DNA of 64,000 nucleotides from Psammoneis japonica (GCA_008632985.1 QPGO01000023.1:679681-743680); one strand, 5' to 3'. Shown: positions 1 to 12,401, counted from the stretch's first letter. Notes: generated by a model not told the origin, from the sequence alone. Translations and numbers: made by a program.

Positions 1-2
1 AT

Positions 3-461
3 TATGAATGGAGTGACTATATACTACCCGTTGAAGCTGGCTTGTGGAATCGTGTACAAAAGATCTTTATGGATCAAACGCTGTACTTGAGTGTCAAGTG
101 CAGTTTGTATATAATGGCTGTTGGACTTTTGGGAGGTGATGACGTTGAGACGGTAAAGGGTAATGTGAAGGAGCGAATTGTACCAATCATGTTTACTGCG
201 TGGAAGTTCTGGCCTCTTGTTCATTGTATTACATATGGAGTTATTCCTGCGAGGCATCGAATCCTCTGGGTGAATTCGGTTGATTTGGTTTGGAACGCCA
301 TTTTAGCAAGCGCCGCTCGGGGTGACACACCAGGAGAAGACGAAGTAGACCAAGAAATACCGGTTCAGAAGTTCATCGCGTCCGATGAAGAAGAAGTTTC
401 TCATGCGGAAACAACAGAATCGTTTTCTCCCGTCGCCGTAGTGGAAGGAGACACCCTCTGA
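3..461 (+). CDS. Mpv17/PMP22 family membrane protein, 3' part (5' end outside window)
   Basis: Frame open from window start; family motifs DQTLY...WKFWPLVHCITYGVIPARHRILWVNSVDLVWNAILAS. Confidence 0.85.
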   Translation, partial: YEWSDYILPVEAGLWNRVQKIFMDQTLYLSVKCSLYIMAVGLLGGDDVETVKGNVKERIVPIMFTAWKFWPLVHCITYGVIPARHRILWVNSVDLVWNAILASAARGDTPGEDEVDQEIPVQKFIASDEEEVSHAETTESFSPVAVVEGDTL

Positions 462-1028
462 AGAGGTAGCAGCTTGCTGCTCTTCTTCAGATGAAGTCCT
501 CAATACTCTGAAAGTCCGGACACTTTGAATGCGATGGTAAGGCTCACGGGAAGCAAGGTTAAGGCTATGGCATGCTAAGCGAACCCATCATCGAATTCTC
601 TGTACCCGGCAACAGCTACCAAATTATATGTTTTCTACATAACAAGTTACTCATTTTTGTTCACACACTACACCACATTAGCTATTTGATCGAGTAAAAG
701 ATGAAGTAAACGATAGTTGGATTACAGATCTGTGAGGCTCTCTACTAGCTAGCTTGAGTGAGACCCTTCTTCATCGTCGAGATCCGAGATTGCTAAACGG
801 GCTGAAGACGGCTGGCTGACGGACGTAGGCGCAAACCCCGCCCGCCCATCCATGATAGCCCATGATAGCCCATGATGACGACAACCGCGACGCAAACAGG
901 CAGCGCATGAGAAGTGAGAAGTAACCTTAGTAAAACGGTGATACCGGTACTTTCCCTTTCTCTCGCAGCTCACGATTTCCCTATGGATACTGTTGTTATT
1001 GGAAGTTCATTCTGAAAGCTGAAAGAAG

Positions 1029-1760
1029 ATGAGCCAGAGCAGCGATGATGAATTTAGCAGTGGGAGCAGTGTCGACCCATCCACGCTCGTGATGGACTGG
1101 AGACCATCTACGGCGACCAATCTCGAACCCGCAAGTAAAGGGCAAAAGGAAGACAAAGAAGTTAACGTGACTCAAAGAGAAAATGAAAAAGAAACAATTG
1201 ATGAGCATGCCAACAAACAGGATCGATCAGAAATAATTGCTGAAGGGCATTGCTCAACTCATACAGAGGGGAAAGGTTCTAGCGCCGGCGCTAAGAATGA
1301 CTCCAATCACTTAGAAGAGGAGCCAGCAACAGCACGAGAAAACAATGAGATACGACTTATTTTTGGAAAGAGCATCCTTGATTGGCAGAAGGAATTAAAA
1401 GGAGAAGCTCGAAAACAAAAGTCAACGGAATGTATAACGCTAAGACATGGACACTATGAACCGCTACCAAGTGGCTCGAAACTAGTGGTCAAGTCGTCCA
1501 ACGCTTCCTTAGTTGTTGCTACGGAGCACGGTGTACAAGAATACAATGGCCAGAGAACTTCCTCGACGGGTGCCTGGTTAGACTGCATTGCTGTTTATGA
1601 TGAAACCCGAGAGGCATACGTCTTGTCCAAGGTTGACTGGTCCGCACACCTAAAGCTCGAGAAGACGAAGACTGGCGATACCGCCCAACATCCACGGAAA
1701 AGACACTCCGCCACCACAAACCCACATTCCAGTCGGAGTTCCAAGCGCCATTGTGCGTAG
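1029..1760 (+). CDS. Hypothetical protein with probable EAF (ELL-associated factor) domain
   Basis: 243 aa ORF; LIFGKSI...ITLRHGHYEP...YNGQR...DCIAVYDETREAYVLSKV resembles the EAF domain pattern. Confidence 0.55.
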   Translation: MSQSSDDEFSSGSSVDPSTLVMDWRPSTATNLEPASKGQKEDKEVNVTQRENEKETIDEHANKQDRSEIIAEGHCSTHTEGKGSSAGAKNDSNHLEEEPATARENNEIRLIFGKSILDWQKELKGEARKQKSTECITLRHGHYEPLPSGSKLVVKSSNASLVVATEHGVQEYNGQRTSSTGAWLDCIAVYDETREAYVLSKVDWSAHLKLEKTKTGDTAQHPRKRHSATTNPHSSRSSKRHCA

Positions 1761-1839
1761 TAGGGATACAAGCACCTTCAGGCCCACATTAGCATAACAT
1801 CTATGCTACTAAAGGAGATATTATATCCCTGGCCGCGGG

Positions 1840-4800
1840 TTAGACCAGACCTCGGCCGCTGCGGCCTCTACCCCCACCCCTTCCTCCTCGGCCGCCTCTG
1901 CCGCTTCGACCACGACCACTCGAGCTTGGGTGTGAACGGGGTCTGTCAGAGGACCCTTGACGCGATTTCGCAGCATTGTCACTTGAACTTGTTCCAAAAT
2001 TCCGGTCGATGACTTCCATCGATAGCGGTCGGTTCCTAATCACCTGCAGCTTTGACTGTTCAATGTAGACATTTCCGCCATCGTTTTGATGCTCTGCGCT
2101 CTCTGCCTCATACTGCAAAACTCGAGCTTTCAACATGTCACGCTCACGAGCTGCCTCATCGTCCTGCTTCGTCGCAACCTTCGCAAGATTCGTGTCACTA
2201 GGAACGACGAGGTCCTTGGCTTCAACTCTCCCTTTGTTGCCTTTCTTGAGCAACTGCAACTGTATGCCTGCTTTTCCACCAAGCGCAAAGGCGGGGCCTT
2301 CGTCATTTATAGCTCCTGTCGCAGCTGGCTTCTTCCTTACAAACTGGGAGCCCGAAGGCATGGAGTCTGCCACTTGCTTGCGAGCTCCTACCTTCCCCTT
2401 CTCGAGTGCTTCCATTGTCACTCTACGGAGTTCACGTTCAAATAGTTCGTCTTCGAGCTGCTTCGCGTACGCCTCCTCGTCCAGGTCCTCTTCATCTGAG
2501 AACTCGTCTTCGTCCGAGTCTTCATCGAAATCATTTGATCCCTCTGAAATATCGTCGCTTGTGGCCTCTGATTGAGAACCCCCCTCAGAACCCGAGCCGA
2601 CTGCATCCTCATCGTCGGTATCCATGTCACTGTCGCTGAAGTTTGCCTCGCTGTCTTTGGCACTAGCTGATAAGGCATCTTCAACGGATTCTTCTTCGTC
2701 TAAGTCTAACACGGACAGTCCATTCTCGATCTCATCGGTGTCAACCGTAGATGACGCGGTATCTTCTGCAGCGTCGGCCACTCCTGCCAAGGCTAGCAGC
2801 CGTGCTTTCGTTCGACTCTCCAAGAGCGCTTCCTCTTCTTCCAACTCCACCGTGGCGTTATGTGCCTCGATCCACGTATTGTAGCGCTTGAATCCTGTAA
2901 CGACGGGAGGTTTCCTTCCTCTTCGGGATGCGTCTTTCGACAAAGCTGACTTCCAGAGGGAGTCAATCTTGTCAAACAAATCTAGGACAGCAAATTCTAC
3001 CTCTGTAGGGAGCGAGTCCTTGGTGAAAAGATATCTCTGAAACGCTGTCAAGAACGCTTCCAATTTAGGAAGCGTATTTCGCCCCACAAGCGTTGCCGCA
3101 GCAGCATCAAGCAAGGTGCATACCAGCGTTACACGATACACAGACGATGATGGATCGAGGGGCGACGGCACACGAGGATCGAAAACAGAATGCCGAGACA
3201 CAGCTACAACCTGCGGCTTTGGAGGCTCCTCTTCTGCCTGTTCCATTTCTTCATCTTCTAATTCTTCATCTTCTTGGATTGTCTGGGTTGCGGTTCTAGC
3301 TGAACTGTATACCGGAAGCCCAGGAGGGGTATTTTTCTCGACTCCGTTAGCATCGCCAGTGGTTAACTGGGCTTCGCTTGCTTGTCGGAGGGCGTCAGGA
3401 ATCTCGTGTCCAAAGTTGATAAAATTGTATAATTGCTGGAACACAAAAGTCGGTGTGACCAGAGATTTTGCCTGCAGCATCCCGACAAGCCTTGCATATG
3501 ATATGGTCCGCTGCTGCTCGCGAAATGTCGGGTGTTCCATCGCCCATTGAAGCTCCTCCACAACGGAGTCCACGAGACGGGACGATATTTCTGGCTTTGT
3601 GCGTCTTAACGCAGCAACAACAGAAGCAACTGCACCGATTGCTTTGTACCGGCCACGCCGACAAGTTTTCAGCATAATGTGACAAATGAGAGCTCCGCAC
3701 TGCTTGGAAGGGTCGTTCCAGGGGAACTTCAAAAGCTGTTTGGTAGTAAACGACACACTGGAATCCTCTGGTGAAAGTTTCACCATGAGCAAATACCTCA
3801 GGTAGGCCTCTAGCGGCGGATAGACTTTGGCTTGCTTCCTCGGTGCCGCAGGAGGCGGCTTCACCATGAACATCGCGGATTTGATGAGAGCCTGTGAACG
3901 CTCGTCGAGATTCTTGGTAGAAGTAGCGAGAATTAAAAATCCGAGCATCGTGAGAGAGACGCGTTATCAAACACCTGCATCGAACGCTGCGTGTTCTGCC
4001 CTACCTTGGCCTTGCTTATTCGCATCATTGTGTCCAATAACGCAGTCAACCTTGCCTCTGTATGCTTGGTCCGGTATAGATATCGACCGCAAGATTCCAG
4101 CACGCAGCACGCGACATCAATGTTGAAACCTGAAAAGTCGTCGAGGCATCTTCGCAAGCATCGCAGCGCAACCATCGGAGGCGCCACACGAAACTTTGTA
4201 AGCTCGCCCAAATACCTCGCGGTTTTTAGCCTACTCTCCACGTTCTGATTCTTTTTGAACTTCGCTTGACCGTGAAATTGCTGTTCAAGGTCTTTAACGA
4301 TAGTAGATGCGATCTCGGGAAAGATTCGATCCAGAATCGCTGCCATCCTAGAGTAAAATGGAAGCAGGTCAAGGCGTGTTCGCGGGACGAGAAACAATGT
4401 GCTGGTGAGTCTCTTCCTTGAGTTCTTTGACGCAGCGTGATTGACACAAAACTTCTCAGCAATTTCATCGACCTGTTCTCTTCTAGAGCACTCTGGTAGC
4501 TCCTGTTCAAGCAGCATAGTGAGCTTAAAATGAGGAGTGTCCTTGTCTTCTTCCCCAGCTTCGTATGATAATAATGAAACACAGGTTAGTATGGATTGGC
4601 GAAGGAACCCGCGACAAGACAATATGGGCAAACCAACCTGTTTCCTTCTCTTCTTTATTCTCTTCTTCATCCCCTTCCTCTGTCTCGTCAGCTTCCAAGT
4701 CTCCTTCGGATGATGGCGCCACATCCATATTCGCTTCTGCCTCCTCCTCTTCTTGAACAGCATCAAACCCTGTCCCGTACTTCTGCACGTTCTCCGCCTT

Positions 4801-6528
4801 TCTGCGTTCAACATCTTCTGGTGTCATCCCCAGAAGCGTCGGTGGGATCGTGGTTAAAAGATCGGGGATATCGCAATAAAAGTCCCGCGTTTCCTCGTCA
4901 TCAAACGGTCCAAAGCTTCCGTCACCTTCGCCGCCCTCTTTGGTCCAAAGCTCCAATCCAACACCGGCGCCCTCTGTTTCATCCTCTTCCTCCTCTTGCA
5001 GCTCCGGTACGTCTTGATCTAGAACGTCTGACAATGCCTCAACGCTTTTTTGCAATGACTCCATCAGTTTTCGCGCATCCAACAACCCTTTCTCGCGAGC
5101 TTCTGGCAAAGTTCCTGAGAGGAGGCGATCCTGTTCGCAGCGCTTCTCCAGCTTTTGAAGCTTTCCATGAGTGGTGACAAGCGAGTTTGACAGCGTCTCG
5201 TAAGCACCCAAACAGTGGGTTGACAACACTTCTGAAACCGGAGCTGGTAGAGCTCGTTCAGACAAGACTCGGTCGACGCGATCCAACGCCTTCTGGGCCT
5301 TGTCGGCCAGTTCTGGAGAAATCACAATCGGCTTTTCTGCCTCCTTCTCACTTTCGGTAGGGGCAGCTGCCGTGGCACCTGCCTCGTCTGTGCTAGCCGG
5401 ATGCTTCGCTTCTTCGGTATCTCCAGCTTCAGCAGCAACTAATTCAGCTTCCGGACTCGCCTGGTTAGAACGCTCGATTTCTTGCTTCAGCAGTTGAGTA
5501 TCGTTTTGAATTGAACGTGGCTTGGTACCCAGAATCTCGAAGCCAGCCGCCTTGACAAAAGACACAACCAAAATGGCATCAGAAACTACATAGTTTCCAG
5601 CAGCGCCGCCCGTCGCTTCGGCGACAATCTTGACAATGGGCTTGGCGTCCGTCAAGATTCCGTTCAAAAGAAACTCCGTCACAAGTCGCATGTACAGTCT
5701 TCGACTCTTGCCAGCATCTTCGGATGTCTTTCCTTGGATAGAGGACCAGACAGAAGGCAAGAGAGCATTCAGAAAGTCGGGGTACCTCTGATGCATGGCG
5801 ACACAGAGGGATACCACCACCGGCAAGTCTGCCACCTTCATCTTGGATTCCAGCAGAGCGGAAGCCACTTCCTCCACATAACGACTGAGATTAAGGGTCG
5901 CCACTTCCTTTTCAATGGCGGCAGAAGTCAAACTCCAGGCTCCGCCCGTTTTGATTTTCTTGACAAAGGACGTGCACTTCTTGAGATCCGACTTGAGCTT
6001 CTTCTTGTTGGCTTGGAATTGCTTACGAAAGGCAGCCAAGTTTTCAGCGGCAAGTTCGGCACGACGGGTCTTATGCAAATTCGTCGTTTCAACTACTTGA
6101 TCAAGCGAAGCGCACGCATCTTGTACCTTCTTGACCAGATTCTCCGACTGTACCCGCCGTTCGTCCTTTGCTGCCTGTATTGCTTTTTCAGCTTCTTCCT
6201 GACGCTTGAGTTCCGCTTCTGCCGCTGCTTTTTCGGCAGCCACCTTGGCGGCTTCTTCTTCTCGCTTAATTTCCTCTTCTGACTTTGGAGGAGCCTTTTG
6301 ACCCCGACGTCTCTGACGACCACCCTGATTCTTGCCTTTCGAGTCGTCTCCACCACCGCCACCACCCCGCTTATTCTGTTGATTTGCCTGTTTCTTACCC
6401 GGTTCGTTCTGCTGATTTCCGTCTCCGCCTTTTCCACCACGGTTTCCTCTTCCTCCTCCTCTTCCCTTTCTTCGATTACCACGTCCTCCTCCACCCCGAC
6501 CCTCTTGGGGACGCGGTGCTTCGGACAT
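1840..6528 (-). CDS. UPF2: Regulator of nonsense transcripts 2 (UPF2/NMD2), 3 exons
   Basis: MIF4G motifs LKSDLKKCTSFVKKIK, LNLSRYVEEV, FDDEETRDFYCDIPDL, RLDLLPFYSR, ARYLGELTKF; acidic tract and C-terminal Upf2 domain. GT-AG introns at 4559-4637 and 3913-4004 join three ORFs in frame. Confidence 0.93.
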
Positions 6529-6966
6529 TGTTGCTACCCAATCGTCTTTGTATTGTCCCGCCCTGTTTCGTTGTGCGGTGTGCGCTTTTTTGTTGTGTGC
6601 CTGCGATGTCGCGCCTCAGGATTTTTATTGATATTATGCTCATTCATGAAGGTTGTATTTTAACTGCGGAAAATGACGTGCGACTGACAGACGCAGTTAT
6701 CCTGTCCGGTCCGTCCGTCCGCGCGTGCGTGGCACTCGCAACGACGCGCGATGGCTTTTCCCGCCATTTTTGCTTTGTGATTTTCGGATTTTGGCTTGAG
6801 CATGAAAGACATGCCGTCACATCTGATCGAAGAAGTTCGTTGTTCATACTACAGCAAGGCTCATCTGCGTCGTCCCTGCCTTTCAACTACTTCTCTGTCT
6901 TGTCCCCAAAACACTTTCACAGTTTTACGTCCGTCTCGATAACAAATACCTGGTAGTAACAGAAGT

Positions 6967-7701
6967 ATGAAGGTCAATGCCAACTTTAAGATTTTTGCAG
7001 CCACGCACTTTGACGCATCCAAGTACATCCCATCGCCTGCCTATGGCGTGGACAGATTCATGTTGGATCGCATCGGGGACGAAAAGGCCCGAGCAACAAC
7101 AATTGTAAAGTACTCGCCGAACTCCAAGTTTCCAGAGCACACGCACATTGGTGGAGAAGAATTTCTCGTCTTGGAGGGAACATTCAAGGATCAGTTTGGT
7201 GCGTTTCCTGCCGGTACCTATGTCCGAAACCCAATTGGTAGCATTCATGCGCCGTGGGTCGATGACGATGGATGCACAATCATGGTCAAGTTGCTGCAAA
7301 TGGCAGACACGGGAGAAGGAACGGATCCGTTGCATGTCGACTTGTCCGCGGCCAAGGAAACTCTTGGAACGAAGGTGGATTATGGAACAGTTGCAAACTT
7401 GTATCACAACGAACAAACCGGAGAGCGAGTTCAAATGTGCTGGATAGATCCCAACAAGAGCTTTTCTTCAGACGAAAACGCATCTGTTGGCGGCGAAGAA
7501 CTCTTTGTAGTGGACGGATCGCTGTCGTCCTCCGATAATACTGAATATGGCAAATGGGGTTGGTTGCGATTTCCAGTAGGAGGCGACGATGCGAGATTGA
7601 AACTCAAGTCAGGCAACACAGGAGCACAAGTCTATAGAAAGACTGGGCACTTGACAGAAAAGGCAATGTCAATGGAGAAGATTCAGATCTCTGAGAACTA
7701 A
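6967..7701 (+). CDS. ChrR-like tandem cupin protein (Cupin_7)
   Basis: Intronless 244 aa; GVDRFMLDRIGDEKARATTIVKY...FPEHTHIGGEEFLVLEGTF...YVRNPIGSIHAP...GCTIMVKL, plus a second degenerate cupin (GGEELFVVDG). Confidence 0.88.
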   Translation: MKVNANFKIFAATHFDASKYIPSPAYGVDRFMLDRIGDEKARATTIVKYSPNSKFPEHTHIGGEEFLVLEGTFKDQFGAFPAGTYVRNPIGSIHAPWVDDDGCTIMVKLLQMADTGEGTDPLHVDLSAAKETLGTKVDYGTVANLYHNEQTGERVQMCWIDPNKSFSSDENASVGGEELFVVDGSLSSSDNTEYGKWGWLRFPVGGDDARLKLKSGNTGAQVYRKTGHLTEKAMSMEKIQISEN

Positions 7702-7824
7702 GACTACCTTTTTGTTATCCTTTCGATAAATGAAAACATTGATTGAAAATTAGAAGATTACCTCACATTTCTTATTATGTATTCAAACTATGATAAAAAT
7801 TCAGTCGCAAAGTTTACAGGTAGC

Positions 7825-9156
7825 TTAGAATGGAGAGTTGTAACCCAACGCAACGAAAAACAATCCCACCACAATCCCAGCAGCCGTGTTTGAGACGGAA
7901 GGTAACAATTCAAAGTTTCCAACAGTCATTTCGATTGGAGCCAATAGGAACCCATTTGCTAATAGTTGCAGGGTTCGTGATATGCGGTCGTCAGGTGTCC
8001 ACTCTTGACTTTCGACTGCCATGACAACAAGCTTAGGTCCGATATACTGAGTACTCATTGTCACGGGATAGCAGACCGATGATATGGCCATCATGAGCAT
8101 CGACGCCTCTGTAACGTAGTTGACAAGAAGAACAACCGTTTCAAAAACCGTCCGGTTCTCTTCTGAGCTCTGCCATATTGTAGAGATGATACTTGTTGTG
8201 GCAAGCAGGAAAAGGGCCAGAGCCAACACCATTCGATACCCAAATCGATCCGATAGTTGTCGCATGTCTTGGCCTAATCGATCAAAAGAGGTTGACCAAC
8301 GTTTGAGAATTGCATAGTAGTCGGGACTATCAGAGGGGTCATTAGTCTGTTGATGAGCGTCATCCATTTGGGTGCCAATATCGATGTCGAGCTCTTTAAG
8401 TCTAGCCACAATGGCCCGCAACGCCAAAGCTATCAACAGCAAATGCCCCATCACGGTGATAGAATGGAGGAGGATAAGAAGCGCAGCGAATGGGATGTAC
8501 AACACATACATTGCATCTGAGAGCCCAACGTCCCTCTTTCTGAATACAAAAGATGACAGTTGGAATGAGGATTTCAACAAAATCATAACCACACTAAAAG
8601 TTGAGAGGTGACGCGAGCCTCGGTCGAGCACGAGCTTCTCGGTGTTTTCTCGGCACTCTTCAATGGATGCATCTTGAGAAAAGTACCCCAGTGCTGTATG
8701 GATCGGAGCAGCGGGCCAAAAGCTCAAGAAAACCAAAAGCGCAAAGACATCCAACCGGAGAACGCTCTTTATGGACAAATCTTCTCGCGTCCAAGCACCG
8801 AGGATGATAATGTAGTATTCGGATAGGAATGCCGCCAACAGAACTATCACGGAAAGCATTACCAAGTAACGACAGAATCGATTTCGGGGACACATATAGT
8901 AATACGTTCGTCTTGATAAGAGTGGTGTCTCTGTCGTCAATATCCCATCAAGCCTTTCCCGCTCATTTTGATTTCTGTCTTGCGAATAGAGCGGGTGTTG
9001 AAGCATCAAAGCACCCTCGCTCCCTTTCGCTTCCAAAGCTGCTCGTTCAAGTCTCAAAAAGCAAACAACAACATAGCGGTGAAAACGATGGTCCGAAGGC
9101 TCGGTGGGTACCTCACTGTTGTCATCGGGGCCGGCATGGGGGGTTACAGACGCCAT
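7825..9156 (-). CDS. Multi-pass membrane protein, possibly gustatory-receptor-like/7TM ion channel superfamily
   Basis: About 7 hydrophobic segments; start taken at ATG 9156 (MASVTPHAG); C-terminus RQLSDRFGYRMVLAL...APIEMTVGNFELLPSVSNTAAGIVVGLFFVAL. Confidence 0.6.
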   Translation of the reverse strand: MASVTPHAGPDDNSEVPTEPSDHRFHRYVVVCFLRLERAALEAKGSEGALMLQHPLYSQDRNQNERERLDGILTTETPLLSRRTYYYMCPRNRFCRYLVMLSVIVLLAAFLSEYYIIILGAWTREDLSIKSVLRLDVFALLVFLSFWPAAPIHTALGYFSQDASIEECRENTEKLVLDRGSRHLSTFSVVMILLKSSFQLSSFVFRKRDVGLSDAMYVLYIPFAALLILLHSITVMGHLLLIALALRAIVARLKELDIDIGTQMDDAHQQTNDPSDSPDYYAILKRWSTSFDRLGQDMRQLSDRFGYRMVLALALFLLATTSIISTIWQSSEENRTVFETVVLLVNYVTEASMLMMAISSVCYPVTMSTQYIGPKLVVMAVESQEWTPDDRISRTLQLLANGFLLAPIEMTVGNFELLPSVSNTAAGIVVGLFFVALGYNSPF

Positions 9157-9504
9157 TGTTTCATGTTTTGGAATGAGAATCGATTGATTGATTCTTGATG
9201 ACACGAACAAGAACCGGACGAAGGACGAGCCGCGTCGTTTTTTTGCTTCGCGCGCGGAGCGGAGATTTGAGTTTTGAGAGCTCGAGCCTTTTTGCTTTGA
9301 CAGCGGCCGAAATGATTCAAAAGATCTCTGATTGGAACGACGGACCTCTGCCTGCACAGTGTGTTCCAGAGAGACAAGGTAAGGCCCATTGTGCTTGGGG
9401 GATACTAGCGCTATCTTGTCACCGTTTTCAGCGCATGCTGCTCATTTCTACAACAGAGCGTCACTTTGCACATGACATGTGAAGTTCAAAGGAGATGATG
9501 TGTG

Positions 9505-10710
9505 TCAAGTGATCTTGGAAGTTGATGTTCGAGCAAGCGCTTGGCTTTTGCAGAAGCATTCTGATTCCTTGAAGGTCAAAAGAGGTCTAGGCCGGGCGTC
9601 ACTGAAACGATCAAGGTGCGATGGAATCTTTTGATGAAACACCACCAAAGCCCGAACGTCAAAGGATCGCCGAGGTGTGACGGCGGCGTCTTTTCCTTTA
9701 TCGGCAGGAATGGGCAGAGCGCAATGCCACAAATCAGATGGCTTTTCCTTGTTGCGGTCATACTGTCTGAAAACTAGGCACTCATCAGATTTCATAGCAG
9801 AGTATGTATACCATCGTGTTTTTTCCCGGTCCACCGTGGCTTGCGGAAAGCTTCCTTTGCAATCCGATTTGTATCTCGTGGCCAAGAGACCTAACGGAGC
9901 GCTGCGAATAGGACTGTCGAAATCCGCATTACGCCAAACATTGATTACAGCAAAGCGTCGCCCGGAGCTCAAGGCTATTTCGAGTTCTTTTCGTGGAAAG
10001 GAAACGTCTTGGCAAACCCGATTTCTTTCCACAAGTCTTACAAGATCGTTTGTATCAAGTGCACCAACATCCATGTCAATATGAACCATTGCAGCCACTG
10101 GCGCTGTAGGTGATGAGTCCAAAGATGATTCTTTGCTCTCGTTGGACATGACTACGCCTTCTCCGCGAAACATGGGTTGCCACCAAACAATGCGAGAAAT
10201 GGTCTGGTCCTCTTCTGCCTCTACGTTGAAGGATTCCAAAACGATATCGTCCAGTTCTGGTAAATAGGTGTCTCGGATTTGAGCCATATCATTCCAATCT
10301 GTAATCCTCGTCGGTGCGTGTTTCAGTTCAAAGCCACAGCAAGATAAACTTGCTTGCTCCAACACTCCTAAATCATCATTGAAAACACCTTGTCTCGCAT
10401 CGTGCACGTCCTCCTTTATAGCATGAAGCTTTTGCTCCGCTTTCTTGCAATCCATAAATTCACTGAAATATTTGTTTTCTGATCCGTAATGTGCTTCAAT
10501 GTATTCGGCTGCTGCCGAGTAATCAACTTCCACATTGCGCCATCGTGGTAGCCATCGAGGTGCGTCGTGGTCAGGAGGAGAAGCACGGTGATTCTGCAAC
10601 TGCTGCGCAAATCCATGAGCTGTAGAAGTAACAAGAAGACCCCTTATCAGGAAAAAGGATGCAAGAGAAACGCCCTTCGGAGCACTGTGTCGACAGCGGC
10701 GATTTCTCAT
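9505..10710 (-). CDS. AsaB/CmcJ/NvfI-like oxidoreductase, possibly plastid-targeted
   Basis: Motifs CGFEL, AMVHID, RFAVINVWR, PIRSAPLGL, WYTYSAMKSDECLVFRQYD, RRSFDVRALV; N-terminal signal-like stretch ending AHG-F. Confidence 0.75.
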   Translation of the reverse strand: MRNRRCRHSAPKGVSLASFFLIRGLLVTSTAHGFAQQLQNHRASPPDHDAPRWLPRWRNVEVDYSAAAEYIEAHYGSENKYFSEFMDCKKAEQKLHAIKEDVHDARQGVFNDDLGVLEQASLSCCGFELKHAPTRITDWNDMAQIRDTYLPELDDIVLESFNVEAEEDQTISRIVWWQPMFRGEGVVMSNESKESSLDSSPTAPVAAMVHIDMDVGALDTNDLVRLVERNRVCQDVSFPRKELEIALSSGRRFAVINVWRNADFDSPIRSAPLGLLATRYKSDCKGSFPQATVDREKTRWYTYSAMKSDECLVFRQYDRNKEKPSDLWHCALPIPADKGKDAAVTPRRSFDVRALVVFHQKIPSHLDRFSDARPRPLLTFKESECFCKSQALARTSTSKIT

Positions 10711-11268
10711 CGTCCTTGGGACGCACAGAACACAGAACTCAAGACGACGACGACTCTGGACTATGGGGCTTCGACTAGCATAAAATGCAATATGATATAA
10801 TCATTGACATATAAAAAACATTGATATGATTTATTAATGACGAATATACAAGAATGTTGAATGACTGCATATGACTTTTTGCGTAAGATTTGTACTGTTC
10901 TACGCACTTAACGAAGAAAATGCTGAGGCAATATATAGAATGACTCTTCATAAGTACGAATTCAAATGATGGTCATGCCCACGCCCGCCACGCAATTTAA
11001 TCAAACATACGAGCATATATGAAGTATTATTCAAAGACGGAGTTGACAAACGGAGTATCGACGGTTGAATGTGTAACATCTACAAAAACATCTAAATAGT
11101 TGAAAGGTATGGACTTTTGTGAGACATTTGTATATGATACACATGTAAAACCTGCTATTTGTTTTGGCAATAACCGTTATCATTAACTAAAGGCGTACAT
11201 AAAATCCAATACAAAATGTCTGACCGGTATAACAGGTACGTTTATGCTAGTCGTAGCCTCATATGTTA

Positions 11269-11712
11269 CTGGTAGGGGGTACATCCGGCCTGACCCCTCG
11301 GACGAAGGTCAGACTTCCCTGTTAACAGACAGACCGACAGACCATTTCGCGAATCCGTGATACGACTACTAGTTTGAGGCGATGAAACCATTTTAAGACT
11401 ACACTTACAACAACTGTAAACACCCTTGTTGACCATTATTCACCTCTAAGAAGTGGTCCTGGGCTTCTTTGTACCTAGCAGGACCAAAGAATTGATGAAG
11501 GCAGGTCATGAGTTTTTTCAAAAATTACCGAGGTGGACGCGCGAACATGGCCCCAAAGCGTCGTGAGTCGTGAGGGAGAAGCGCAAGATTTCAAGCTACG
11601 TAAATCTTGGTACATATTCTACGTACGTGGTAAATATGCGTACCTTTGTACGAGGATGCAATAACATATACCCTCTCTATAACATATACTAAAATACCGC
11701 ATGTACCCCCAG
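11269..11712. mobile_element. MITE-like element with imperfect TIRs and 7-bp target duplication
   Basis: Left end CTGGTAGGGGGTACATCCGG vs reverse complement of right end CTGGGGGTACATGCGG; TATGTTA flanks both sides (11262-11268, 11713-11719). Confidence 0.6.
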
Positions 11713-11735
11713 TATGTTAACGCGAGCAGACTGTA

Positions 11736-12053
11736 CCGTGATTATCATAGAAAATCTGTGCCAAAATCAGAATCTGTACCTATTTTTCAGGGCTTCAGAA
11801 AATCTGTACCTATATTCTGAACGGAAATCTGGAATCTGTACCCCAGTACAAATGTACGTAGGATCTACGTAGGACGCGCCAGGCTTAACTGGGGAGGGGT
11901 TCTTCAAATCTGAGAAAACCCAAATCCAATTTTAGCAGAATCAGTGCAAATCTATACTTTTTGAGGATCTGTATCTATTTATCCGGAATCCTTGAAAATC
12001 TGTACTAATTTTGAACCAAAATCTGTGGCACAGATTTTCTATGATAATCACGG
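11736..12053. mobile_element. Tc1/mariner-type MITE with TA target duplication
   Basis: Perfect 28-bp TIR CCGTGATTATCATAGAAAATCTGTGCCA flanked by TA on both sides; many internal AATCTGTA(C) sub-repeats. Confidence 0.85.
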
Positions 12054-12401
12054 TACTGATCATGGTGCAGGCCGTGGTATCGTGTATCGTCGTTCGTGCT
12101 GTACGATTCGTGACTCGATTCTTCATTCATTCATTCGCGGGAACTTTTCGAATGTTCCGTTCCATCCAATCCTTCGGAGGCAGCGCTCGCTGCGACAGTC
12201 TGCATGAACACGTTATTCAAATGGCAGAAGTTGAGACAGCAAAGTAGAAGTTGTGGTTAGGTGAGGAGAGTCTTTCGAAAAGAACATTCTTTTCAGGTTC
12301 TGCGCTTCAACAAAGCGCAATTTGAAAAAGTTGCTCGAATGGATGACAGAACTCTGGATCTGTGACCACTTTTTCGACTTCCGAGCGAGCACCTAACCCC
12401 T

